Made by a program: the position numbers and the translations under genes. Below the pieces are notes generated by a model. The model was not told the DNA's origin and ran no database searches. It saw nothing but the letters and a program-made list of their open reading frames with translations. A DNA stretch of 60,488 nt from an uncultured Collinsella sp. (GTDB lineage: Bacteria > Actinomycetota > Coriobacteriia > Coriobacteriales > Coriobacteriaceae). Position 1 is the first letter of the stretch. Each line of letters starts with the position of its first letter. Shown here piece after piece: positions 19,244 through 28,260 of the stretch. The stretch is from positions 1 through 60,488 of the forward strand of contig USAX01000001.1 of the NCBI GenBank assembly GCA_900552705.1, written 5' to 3'.

Positions 19244-19633
19244 ATGGGTAAGACTTTCAGCTTTGTCTCCGGCGCACTTTTTGGTGCTGCTGCTGGCGCT
19301 ATTATCGGCGTTGCTCTGGCCCCGCGCTCGGGCGCCGAAACCCGCGCCATGGCTGCCGATATCGCCAACGACGCCTGGGACAATATGCGCGACACCTACG
19401 AGCACGGCGCCGAGGAGGCCCGTGCTGCGGTGAATGACTTTGGCCCGATGGTCGACGCCAAGACCGACGACCTGCGCGCCAAGGTCGACCTGGCCCGCGA
19501 GCGCATGGACCAGCTGCGCGAGCAGCTCAACGACGCCATTTCGGGTGGCAACGTGACGCCTGCCGCCGACGTCGTGGTCGAGAACGCCGTCGAGGCTGAT
19601 GCCGGGGCTGCGGAACCCTCGACCGAGGCATAA
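19244..19633 (+). CDS. YtxH-like protein
   Basis: FVSGALFGAAAGA...LAPRSGAETR followed by a coiled coil. Confidence 0.8.
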   Translation: MGKTFSFVSGALFGAAAGAIIGVALAPRSGAETRAMAADIANDAWDNMRDTYEHGAEEARAAVNDFGPMVDAKTDDLRAKVDLARERMDQLREQLNDAISGGNVTPAADVVVENAVEADAGAAEPSTEA

Positions 19634-20388
19634 TGCGCGCTGGGGATTTTGTCGGCGCCAAGATCTATCGCAAGCCTACCGAGGACAAGCGCACCAAAAA
19701 GGACGGCACGCCGCGCAGCCCCAAAAAGCTCGGAAAGATTCACTTTCCGGTCTTTACCCCGGGCGGTACGCGCGTGGTCGGCTTTATGGTCCGCCAGTCC
19801 GATATCGCGGGCATGATCGAGCGTCCCGACCGATTCGTAGCGCTCGACGCCATTGGTGTCTACGAGGGCGCCATTGCGGTCGATGACGTCAAGGACACGT
19901 ACGATGCCGCCGCCGCCAAGCGCCTCGACATCAACCTGGACGATTGCATCATCTGGGTCGGTATGGACGTGCGCACGGAATCGGGCGACGTCGTGGGCTA
20001 TTGCTCGGACGTTGAGTTCAAGCCGCGCTCGGGCATCGTGCAGGCATTCTATGTGACCGCCGGTGCTGCTTCGAGTGTTTTGGTTGGTGACACGCAGGTG
20101 CCACCGACGATGCTGCGCGGCTACGAGAACGGCGCGATGGTCGTCTCGGACGAGGTCAAGTCGCTCGGGTATTCGGGCGGTGCGGCTGCCAAGGCCGCCG
20201 AGGCCAGCGTCGTGGTGGGCGACAAGGTCAAAAAGGGCGCCAAGGTGCTCGACGACAAGGGATCGGTTGCCGTGGACAAGGGCAGTCGCGCACTGGGCAA
20301 GCAGCTCGGCAAGACGCGCGGCATGTTCAAGGCCTTTAAGGACGAATACCAAAAGGCGAGCGGAGGCTCGTCAAAAGCTACAAAATAG
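19633..20388 (+). CDS. PRC-barrel domain protein
   Basis: Two PRC-like repeats (GMDVRTESGDVVGYCSDVEF); TAATG coupling. Confidence 0.7.
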   Translation: MRAGDFVGAKIYRKPTEDKRTKKDGTPRSPKKLGKIHFPVFTPGGTRVVGFMVRQSDIAGMIERPDRFVALDAIGVYEGAIAVDDVKDTYDAAAAKRLDINLDDCIIWVGMDVRTESGDVVGYCSDVEFKPRSGIVQAFYVTAGAASSVLVGDTQVPPTMLRGYENGAMVVSDEVKSLGYSGGAAAKAAEASVVVGDKVKKGAKVLDDKGSVAVDKGSRALGKQLGKTRGMFKAFKDEYQKASGGSSKATK

Positions 20389-20460
20389 CGACGTACCAAA
20401 TGATGGGAGGCAAGCCGGAGACCTGTTGCTCCGGCTTGCTGTGTTTATGGGGGAGGGCAC

Positions 20461-21867
20461 ATGCGCCAAAACGGATCCAACTTAAACGGGCGTTCGGGTG
20501 CGCGTCCGACGGCGCGCCGCGACCTGGGGCAGCTGCCCAGCGGTCAGCGCCGTCGCCGCCGTAAGCCCGGCGCGATGTACCTCAACCATAGCCGCGGGTT
20601 TAGCGACCGCAGCGCGCGCATCGGCAACGGGCGCTCGCCGCGCCGACCGTCCCGTCTGCCCTATGCGCTCATTGCCGTGGGCTGTGCGCTCGTGCTGTTT
20701 ATCGCTGCCGTCGTGGGCTACGTCAACCGCAGCGTGGACGTGGAACTCAACGGGCAAAAGACCGCGGTGCGCGTGGGCTCTACGCTGCAGAATCTCATCG
20801 ACGACCAGGAGTTGACCGATACCTACGACGCAGGCGACCTGCTGGCCGTCGATGACAGCGTGCTCAAGCGCCATGGCGGCGAAAAGCTGTCGGTTAAGGT
20901 GGACGGCAAGCGCATAAAACAGGGCAAATGGGATAGCCGCGAACTTGAGGGCGGCGAGAAGGTGACGGTCAAGGATGGCCGTAACACCTACGAGAAGCAC
21001 GAGGTTCAGGCTACGGTTATCGAGCCCAAGCTCAAGGTCGAGGGCACGGGCGCTATCGAGTATGTGCAGACATGGGGTGTCCAGGGCCGCTCCGAGGTGT
21101 GGGTTGGTGAGCAGTCGGAAAAGACGCAGGACCGCGGCGAGGTTGTGCCCGCCACCGATTGCGTTGTTGCGTGCGCCAGCGTGGCGCCCAAGGGCAACAA
21201 AAAGTACGTGGCGCTGACGTTTGACGAGGGTCCGAGCGGCGCGACCAAGCAGATTTTGCAGGTACTCAAGGAAAAGGGCGTCACCGCGACGTTCTTCCTT
21301 TCGGGCGATGCGGTCGAGGCCTCGTCCGCCACGGCCAAGGCGATTGTCGATGCCGGGTGCGAAATCGGATCCAACAGCTACAGCGACGATTCGCTCAAGG
21401 GTCAGGACCGTGAGGCGGTACGCGAGCAGATCACGAAAGGCACCGATGCGATTAAGTCGGCGACCGGCGTGAAGACGATGCTGCTGCGTGCTCCCTACGC
21501 TGCCTTTGACGAGCAAAACTGGATTGATGCGATGGACCTGGTCTCCGCCGTGGTCTCGTGGAATATTGACTCGGGCGACTGGCTGCTCAACGGTGCCGAC
21601 GAGCAGGTCTCGACGGTGCTCGATTCGGTGACGCCGGGCAATATCGTGCTGCTCACCGATAGAGACGAATGCGCCGAGCAGACGCTCGAGGCGCTGCCGC
21701 AGATTATCGACGGCCTCATTGCCGACGGCTACAAGATCGTGACGCTCAGCGACCTGGTCAAGACGGACACGTCGCTGAGCAAAAAGCTCACCTCGCTGAC
21801 GAAGGCCACCATGCCCAAGGACGCCGTGTTCCCCCAACTTGCCGAGGACGACGACACCACAGAGTAG
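20461..21867 (+). CDS. Membrane-anchored polysaccharide deacetylase-like (CE4/NodB) protein with degenerate catalytic motifs
   Basis: ALTFDEGP, ATFF, RAPY and DSGDW retained; H(S/T)xxH replaced by NSYSD and LxHD by LLTD. Confidence 0.85.
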   Translation: MRQNGSNLNGRSGARPTARRDLGQLPSGQRRRRRKPGAMYLNHSRGFSDRSARIGNGRSPRRPSRLPYALIAVGCALVLFIAAVVGYVNRSVDVELNGQKTAVRVGSTLQNLIDDQELTDTYDAGDLLAVDDSVLKRHGGEKLSVKVDGKRIKQGKWDSRELEGGEKVTVKDGRNTYEKHEVQATVIEPKLKVEGTGAIEYVQTWGVQGRSEVWVGEQSEKTQDRGEVVPATDCVVACASVAPKGNKKYVALTFDEGPSGATKQILQVLKEKGVTATFFLSGDAVEASSATAKAIVDAGCEIGSNSYSDDSLKGQDREAVREQITKGTDAIKSATGVKTMLLRAPYAAFDEQNWIDAMDLVSAVVSWNIDSGDWLLNGADEQVSTVLDSVTPGNIVLLTDRDECAEQTLEALPQIIDGLIADGYKIVTLSDLVKTDTSLSKKLTSLTKATMPKDAVFPQLAEDDDTTE

Positions 21868-21875
21868 TTATTGGG

Positions 21876-21904
21876 TAGTCATTGAAGAACGTCCCCAATG
21901 ACTA
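21876..21904. repeat. GGGGAC-tagged palindromic repeat
   Basis: tagtcattg-aagaacgtccc-caatgacta; reverse complement matches 49273-49301 at 26/29. Confidence 0.8.
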
Positions 21905-21978
21905 TGTCACGGATGCGTCAGCGTTTGGTATGCCTGCAATGTGCAGCGCATAAATTCGATGCCGCAGGGCGATGCTGA

Positions 21979-22195
21979 TGCTATAGTTACTGCGGTTAAT
22001 GAGGGTCAAGAGAAAGGTTACAGGTGAAATCCAAACCTCGACCATACAGTCGATGACCCCATGCAGGTGCTTTTTGCGCATGCACGGGGTGTAAGCGTCG
22101 AGCGGCGTGCCGCCCGCGCATGCGTATACATATCCAGAAGCCCCCGGACGCCGCACGCGCGGCCGCGTCCGGAGGAATAATGATGGGGAGCACCA
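21979..22195 (+). promoter_or_regulatory. Extended -10 promoter and long structured leader of the Mg2+ transport operon
   Basis: TGcTATAGT at 21979; hairpins 22056-22090 and about 22141-22173; TTG start at 22196. Confidence 0.6.
22024..22056 (+). CDS. Putative leader peptide MKSKPRPYSR
   Basis: AGAAAGG RBS 6 nt before GTG; 10 codons including 2 Pro and 2 CGA; stop overlaps a hairpin. Confidence 0.55.
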   Translation: MKSKPRPYSR

Positions 22196-24040
22196 TTGAA
22201 TTATCTGAGTGAGATGCTCAAATTGCCAGTCTTGGACGTCGACGGCGAAAAGCTCGGCGTGGTCAACGATTTTGGCATTGCAACCGGCGAAGTTTTTCCG
22301 CACGTGACGTCGCTCGCGTTCCGCGGCCCCGGCAAGACGCCGTTTATGATCAGCTGGCGCAAATGGGTCGACCGTATCGACGAGACGGGCGTGTATCTCA
22401 ACACGTCTGCCACCAATATTCGCTTCTCGTACCTGCAGCCGACCGAGCTCCTGCTGGCGCGCGACGTGCTCAATAAGCAGATCGTCGACACGCAGGGCAT
22501 GAAGGTCGTGCGCGTCAACGACATCAAGTTTTCCATGTCGGGCGAAAACCAGCTGCGCCTGTTGGGTGCCGAGGTTGGCGCCCGCGGCTTGCTGCGCGCG
22601 ATCAGCCCCGCACTCGAGCACGTCGTCGAGGGCTTTATGAAGCACCTGGGCAAGCCGCTCAGCGAGGACATCATCGCTTGGTCCTACATGGACCTGCTCG
22701 ACCGCTCGACTAAAAACATCCAACTCTCGGTGTCGCACAAGACGCTCGGCGAGCTGCACCCTGCCGACATCGCCGACATTATCGAGCAGCTCGACCCGCG
22801 CCTACGCGCGCAGGTGTTTGCGCAGCTCGATACCGCACAGGCTGCCGAGGCCATCTCGGAGTTCGATGACGACGAGCTCATGACCGAGATGCTCGAGGGC
22901 CTGTCCGACACGGACGCATCGTCGATGCTGGCCATGATGGACCCGGACGATGCAGCCGACCTGATCGACGAGCTCGATTATGAGAAGGCCGAGAAGCTCC
23001 TGCGCCTGATGGGCGTCAAGGAGGAGAAGGCGATTCGTAACCTGCTAGGGTATGAGGACAACACCGCCGGCCGCATCATGACCTCGGAGTTTGTCTCCCT
23101 GCCCGCCACGGCAACGGTCGGTGACGCCATCGAGGCGATTCGCGAGCTCGACGAGGACTTCGAGAGCGTCTACTACGTCTATACCGAGGATCCGAGCGGC
23201 ATGCTGACCGGCGTGCTTTCGCTGCGCACGCTGATCGTAGCCGACCGCGACGCTACGCTGGGTCAGCTGGCCTATCGCGACCTGGTCTATGTGTCGCCCG
23301 ACGAGGACCAGGAAGACGTGACGGATGAGATGACCAAGTATGACCTGGTAGCTATCCCCGTCTGTGACGAGAACCGCCACATCCTGGGTATCGTGACCTT
23401 CGACGACGCCATGGACGTTATAGCCGAGGAGCATCAGGAGGACCTGCAGATCGCCGGTGTCGGCTCGGGCGATAGCGCATCGGACGACTCGACGAACGTG
23501 CTCAGCTGGTTCGTACATCGCCAGTACTGGGTTGTTGTATGGGGCGTCGCGTCGTGCATCATGGCGACCGTGCTGGGAACGGCGCTCGGCTCCGCGCATC
23601 TGGTGGTGTTCCCCATGTGCGCCATGCCGCTCGTGCTGCTGGCGGCCTCGCGCATGGTGTCGTTCGTCAAGAACTACTTCCTGGAGTATGACGGTCACGA
23701 CGACGAACCCAAGCCGTATCTGGGGTTCTTCTTCCAGAGCACGGGTATGGGCCTGATTCTGTCACTCGTGACCTACCTGTGCGCCCAGCTGGTGCGCACC
23801 GCTGCGTTCCCCGATGCGTCCATGTTTGAGGAGCAACTCTTTACCGGGTGCTTTAACATCGCGGCCATCGTCTGTCTGATTGGCAACATGAGCGCCGTGA
23901 TTTACCTGATGGTGCTGTTCTGGCGTGACGAGCACGACCTCAATACGTCGGGCACCGCCATGAACGTTATTGCCGTCATGATCTCGTGCGTAGCGTACTG
24001 TGCCGCTGCGGTGCTGCTCACCATGTCGGTCATGGGTTAG
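22196..24040 (+). CDS. MgtE-like protein (PRC-barrel x2, MgtE_N, CBS pair, divergent TM domain)
   Basis: LHPADIADIIEQL, MDPDDAADL, Y..NTAGRIMT and GIVTFDD. TM region lacks GGNxGxQ and the pore Asp. Confidence 0.85.
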   Translation: MNYLSEMLKLPVLDVDGEKLGVVNDFGIATGEVFPHVTSLAFRGPGKTPFMISWRKWVDRIDETGVYLNTSATNIRFSYLQPTELLLARDVLNKQIVDTQGMKVVRVNDIKFSMSGENQLRLLGAEVGARGLLRAISPALEHVVEGFMKHLGKPLSEDIIAWSYMDLLDRSTKNIQLSVSHKTLGELHPADIADIIEQLDPRLRAQVFAQLDTAQAAEAISEFDDDELMTEMLEGLSDTDASSMLAMMDPDDAADLIDELDYEKAEKLLRLMGVKEEKAIRNLLGYEDNTAGRIMTSEFVSLPATATVGDAIEAIRELDEDFESVYYVYTEDPSGMLTGVLSLRTLIVADRDATLGQLAYRDLVYVSPDEDQEDVTDEMTKYDLVAIPVCDENRHILGIVTFDDAMDVIAEEHQEDLQIAGVGSGDSASDDSTNVLSWFVHRQYWVVVWGVASCIMATVLGTALGSAHLVVFPMCAMPLVLLAASRMVSFVKNYFLEYDGHDDEPKPYLGFFFQSTGMGLILSLVTYLCAQLVRTAAFPDASMFEEQLFTGCFNIAAIVCLIGNMSAVIYLMVLFWRDEHDLNTSGTAMNVIAVMISCVAYCAAAVLLTMSVMG

Positions 24041-24048
24041 GTGGTCGC

Positions 24049-25311
24049 GTGCAAAATACCAAGCAAAAGTCGGGCACCAAGCAAAAGTTGACCATCGCGG
24101 CCATCTTTGGCGCTATGGGTCCCGGTCTGCTGGCGGCGCTTTCGGGCAATGACGCCGGCGGCATTGCAACGTATTCCAGCGCGGGCGCCAGCTATGGCTA
24201 CAAGATGCTGTGGATGCTTCCCGTCATGACCGTGCTGCTCATCGTGACGCAGGAGACCGCGGCGCGCTGCGGCTGCGTCACGGGCAAGGGCCTGGCATCG
24301 CTCATTCGCGAGCGCTTTGGCGTGCGCAAGAGTGTACTTGCTATGGCGGCGCTGTTGATCGCCAACACGGCTGTGACCATTTCGGAGTTTGCGGGTATCG
24401 CCAGCGGCCTTGCTCTCTTTGGCGTGCCGGCGAGCATCTCGGTGCCGTTGGTGGCGCTGCTGGTGTGGATGCTTACCATGTCGGGTAGTTTCCAGCGCAT
24501 CGAGAAGATTCTGCTGTTGGTAAGCTGCGTCTTCGTGACCTATATTGTCGCCGCGTTTATGGCTGGCCCCAACTGGGGTGAGGTCGCGGTCGACCTGGTC
24601 GTGCCTAACATTCAAAATGACCCCAGCTACGTGTCGCTCGTGGTCGCAACGATCGGTACCACCATCGCGCCGTGGATGATTTTCTTGGCGCAGAATAACG
24701 TGGTCGATAAGAATGCGGGCGAGGACGACATCGTGCTGCAGCGTATTGATACCGTGAGCGGCTCGATCGCTGCTGATATCATTGCGGGCTTTATTATCAT
24801 CACGACCGGTACGGTGCTGTTCCCGGCGGGTATTCAGATTAGCGATGCTGCCGATGCTGCCCGCGCGCTGGAGCCTATTGCGGGTCAGTGGTCCACGGTG
24901 CTGTTTGCCTCGGGCCTGGTCGCGGCGAGCTTCTTGGCTGCTTGCGTGCTACCGGGCGTTACGTCGAGCGCTATCTGCGAGGCATTTGGCTGGGAGCGCG
25001 GTGCCGACCGCAGCTGGGACGAGGCCCCGGTCTATCGCGGCATCATTACGGCCATCATCGGTATCTCTGCCGTGCTGGTGCTTATGCCCGGCGTCGATCT
25101 GTTCCAGATCATGATGACCTCGCAGGTCATCAATGGCGTGCTACTGCCCGTGGTTCTGGTGTTCCAGGTGGTTATCGCTGCCGACCGTCACATTATGGGC
25201 GCCAACCGCAATGGCCGCGTGTGGAATGTGCTCACTTGGGCGACTATCGGTGTGATTACGGTGCTGACGGTCGTCATGTTTGTTCTGCAGGCGATGGGTT
25301 ACAGCGCTTAG
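24049..25311 (+). CDS. Nramp-related Mg2+ transporter (NRMT type)
   Basis: GPGLL...GNDAGG in place of DPGN, and GTTIAPW in place of GAxIMPH. Confidence 0.85.
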   Translation: MQNTKQKSGTKQKLTIAAIFGAMGPGLLAALSGNDAGGIATYSSAGASYGYKMLWMLPVMTVLLIVTQETAARCGCVTGKGLASLIRERFGVRKSVLAMAALLIANTAVTISEFAGIASGLALFGVPASISVPLVALLVWMLTMSGSFQRIEKILLLVSCVFVTYIVAAFMAGPNWGEVAVDLVVPNIQNDPSYVSLVVATIGTTIAPWMIFLAQNNVVDKNAGEDDIVLQRIDTVSGSIAADIIAGFIIITTGTVLFPAGIQISDAADAARALEPIAGQWSTVLFASGLVAASFLAACVLPGVTSSAICEAFGWERGADRSWDEAPVYRGIITAIIGISAVLVLMPGVDLFQIMMTSQVINGVLLPVVLVFQVVIAADRHIMGANRNGRVWNVLTWATIGVITVLTVVMFVLQAMGYSA

Positions 25312-25327
25312 CGCCTCTTTTGGACTC

Positions 25328-25364
25328 CAAACAGGCCGCAGCGATGGACTGCGGCCTGTTTTTT
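25328..25364 (+). terminator. Intrinsic terminator
   Basis: aaacaggccgcag...ctgcggcctgtttttt. Confidence 0.75.
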
Positions 25365-25393
25365 GCCCGCTATAGGGCGTTAGTTATATGGCA

Positions 25394-25623
25394 GTGGACA
25401 AAAAATGCCAAATATGAGTACTGTTGCTAAGTGAATAGCATTTACATCCAAGAAGATAATGGACATAGCAGATAGTATGTTCATTAAAATTGGCTCCAAT
25501 ATGTCTTAAACCAGTCAGGTTGGCTGCTTTAGGGGGTTGTAGGGGTCGCTCGGACGTCATTTTGGGTGGTTTTGCCTGCTACTAAAATGGTAACAGTACT
25601 CATATTTGCCCCTTTTTGTCCAC
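25394..25623. repeat. 32-bp imperfect inverted repeat around an AT-rich spacer (MITE-like)
   Basis: 25394-25425 versus 25592-25623, 29/32 complementary. Confidence 0.65.
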
Positions 25624-25750
25624 GACCCCTTGGAGCCGGCTCGAAAAGAGTGATTTTGGGTTGTTTGCTGCGGGTGTGGGCTTGGAAACAACGTTCGGGG
25701 TGGCGAGGTGCCCAGAATTCGGTCGCAAGGAGGGCGTTCCTCGGCTGTGT

Positions 25751-25833
25751 CAGGAGTGTCCCTAGGTGCCGGCACATAAGGAACGTCCCTAACTGCCGGA
25801 GGGGGTGCCTGCCGTGGCAGGCACCCCCTCCGG
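25751..25833. repeat. GTCCC tandem units plus an 18-bp perfect hairpin downstream of oatA
   Basis: aggaNNgtcccta..tgccgg twice; ccggagggggtgcctgcc-gt-ggcaggcaccccctccgg. Confidence 0.6.
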
Positions 25834-25856
25834 ATGTGGGAAGTTTGCGTTGCAGG

Positions 25857-28073
25857 TTACTTGTCGGTGCCCAGCTTGTGCGGCTTGAGAGCGAGCGCAT
25901 TGACGAGCGCGTCGGTGGCAGACTTGACGGCTGCCGGCTGCGGATCGTTGACGTGATCTTCGGGGTGCACGGGCAGGTCCTTCTTGACGGCATCGTGGAT
26001 CAAGTTGAGGTACTCAGTCACGCCAGCGGTCGATAGGTGCGTGCCATCGCCATCGAACAGGTCGTTGCGGTTGGCGCTGTATCCGTACCAGTCGATAACG
26101 CGCACGTTCTTGTAGCGCGTAGCGGCGTTGGCGATGGCCTGGTTGGTAGAGCCAACCCACGGCTGCGGGCTGCGTGTGTTCACAAACACCACAATACGCT
26201 TATCTCCTGCATCGGCCATGATGGCGTCGATCTGATCGTCGGTTACCAAGCCGTTGGTGCCCAGCGCAAAGACCACGATCTTGCCGGCAAGGTTCTGTTG
26301 GAGATAGCCCTCAAATGTCGCGCGGCCCGCATCAAACTGGCGGCCCTTTTCGGCATCGATATGGCTGTGCGGGAACACGCCGTCAAAGGAATCAACGGCG
26401 CGCAGCGACACGGAGTCACCGATCATAAGCAAATCGTAGGAGCCATCGGGGAAGCCGTCGTTGTCCTTGTCGGTGTCGTCGGCCGCCTGTTGGTCGGCGG
26501 GCGCGGTGTTTTTGGCTTCCTTGTTGAGGACTTCGGCGCCCTCACCGCTCAGTGCGGAGGTCTCCGGCACAAAGATCAGGCCGCCCAGTGCAACGACCAA
26601 CACGACAGCGCAGGTTGCGCAGACAGGGACGTGCGCGCGTGCCCAGTTGGCGGGCGTGGCGGTGCCGTCGCGGAACTCGGATACGGTGCGCTCAAAGGCG
26701 CCCTTTCTAAACGGCGTTTCGATAAAGCGATATGAGCATTCGGCCACGGCGACCACCACAAGTACCTGCAAGATGTACTGCCACCACGGTGTATCGTTGA
26801 TGTTGGCGACCGGGTTCATGAGCAACAGCAGGGGATAGTGCCACAGGTAGATGCTGTACGAGCGCTTGCCAACCCACACGAGCGGCTCGGCGGACAGCGC
26901 GCGGGCAACCATTCCCTGGGGCTGCACGCAGGCCGCGATGACCATGAGCGTGAGGACCGAGCACAGCAGCGTGCCGCCGCGATACTGGAACGCGGTGTAG
27001 CCGTTGGTGAGCGCGACCATGGCGGCAAGGCCAACCAGACCCACGACGCCCAACACATCGATGGATGTGGGCGAGGACCAAAAGCGCACGAGGGCGCTCG
27101 GCTGTGCCGGGGCGGTCTCGGCTGATTCGTCGGCCTTCTCGCTAGGTTTGCCCTCGGCGTTCTTGTCGTGCTTGGCGGCGCCAGCCAGGCGATTGAGCCC
27201 CAAACGATGAGCGAGACGCACTGGCGCCAGGTCGCGATCGGGGATAAAGGCCATCCAGGCACCCAGCAGTAGCGAGAACACGCGGGTGTCGGTGCCGTAG
27301 TACACGCGGCTGGGGTCGGCGGCAGGGTTGTAAAGCACCATCATGGCGAGGGCAGATACCGCGGCAAGGCCCAGAACCAAGCGGCGCGTGTTGGGCTTGC
27401 TCACATGCATGGATACCATGGCAAACAGCAGTGGCGGCCAAATCAGGTAGAACTGTTCCTCGATGGCAAGCGACCAAAAGTGCGTGAGCGGCGAGGGGTC
27501 GCCCAGAGCATTGAAGTACGAGACGTTTTGGGCAATCTGCCACCAGTTGTTGAAGAACAGCAACGACGGCAGGATGTCGGGGCGCATCTTGGTGAGCATC
27601 ACGTGGTTAAAGATGGTGCACAGCGCGCAGGTCACGAACACTACCGTTACCACGGCGGGGACCAGGCGACGGATGCGGCGAATCCAGAAGCTCTTGAGGT
27701 CGATGCGTCCGGTCTTAGCGACTTCGTTGAGCAGCAAGCGCGTGATCAGATAGCCCGAAAGCACAAAGAAGATCGTGACGCCGAGCAGGCCGCCCTGAGC
27801 CCACGTGAGGTTGAGGTGATAGAGCACCACTGCGACGACGGCAAGCGTGCGTAGGCCGTCGAGGGCGGGGATATAGCGGGACTTGGGGCGAGCAGGCGTC
27901 TGCTCCGCGGCGGGAGTGTTGGCACGGCCCGCGTTGTTGGCAGAAACGCGATGGGGGCTCGCGGTGCGTCGCGGCTCGTTGGCGCGGCGCCCGCCCTTCA
28001 CGCGTTCGTGCGGCGCCGGCTCATTGCCCGTGCGGCGTCGACCGCGCGAGCCCGATTGCGAGAGTTGTTCCAT
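25857..28073 (-). CDS. oatA: Peptidoglycan O-acetyltransferase OatA-like (AT3 + SGNH)
   Basis: LDGLR, FFVLSGYLI, RRIRRL, HFWSLAIEEQFY, SYSIYLWH, IGDSV, LGTNG and DGTHL. Confidence 0.88.
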   Translation of the reverse strand: MEQLSQSGSRGRRRTGNEPAPHERVKGGRRANEPRRTASPHRVSANNAGRANTPAAEQTPARPKSRYIPALDGLRTLAVVAVVLYHLNLTWAQGGLLGVTIFFVLSGYLITRLLLNEVAKTGRIDLKSFWIRRIRRLVPAVVTVVFVTCALCTIFNHVMLTKMRPDILPSLLFFNNWWQIAQNVSYFNALGDPSPLTHFWSLAIEEQFYLIWPPLLFAMVSMHVSKPNTRRLVLGLAAVSALAMMVLYNPAADPSRVYYGTDTRVFSLLLGAWMAFIPDRDLAPVRLAHRLGLNRLAGAAKHDKNAEGKPSEKADESAETAPAQPSALVRFWSSPTSIDVLGVVGLVGLAAMVALTNGYTAFQYRGGTLLCSVLTLMVIAACVQPQGMVARALSAEPLVWVGKRSYSIYLWHYPLLLLMNPVANINDTPWWQYILQVLVVVAVAECSYRFIETPFRKGAFERTVSEFRDGTATPANWARAHVPVCATCAVVLVVALGGLIFVPETSALSGEGAEVLNKEAKNTAPADQQAADDTDKDNDGFPDGSYDLLMIGDSVSLRAVDSFDGVFPHSHIDAEKGRQFDAGRATFEGYLQQNLAGKIVVFALGTNGLVTDDQIDAIMADAGDKRIVVFVNTRSPQPWVGSTNQAIANAATRYKNVRVIDWYGYSANRNDLFDGDGTHLSTAGVTEYLNLIHDAVKKDLPVHPEDHVNDPQPAAVKSATDALVNALALKPHKLGTDK

Positions 28074-28260
28074 AAAACATCATCCAATGACGAGAATAAT
28101 CAGCACGTATTCATTGTAGCTGCCTGCCCCTGTGAATGCTTGCTGCTGGCGCAAGCTCAAGCGCGCGTCCACATCAAAGTGGACTAAAGTTATAGGGGGT
28201 GCGAGAGTGCACAATCGTTGGTCGACGGTGGGCGCAAAGCCTGAAGACGAGGAGGTTTCC

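Noticed and set aside
21999..22094. Alternative 31-codon leader ORF (MRVKRK...HGV)
   Set aside because: No RBS and it starts almost at the presumed TSS. The GTG ORF at 22024 has a far better RBS, though leaderless translation is not fully excluded.
21990..22195. ykoK (M-box) or yybP-ykoY riboswitch upstream of the Mg2+ operon
   Set aside because: Their conserved segments could not be recognised by eye; an Infernal scan is needed to exclude them formally.
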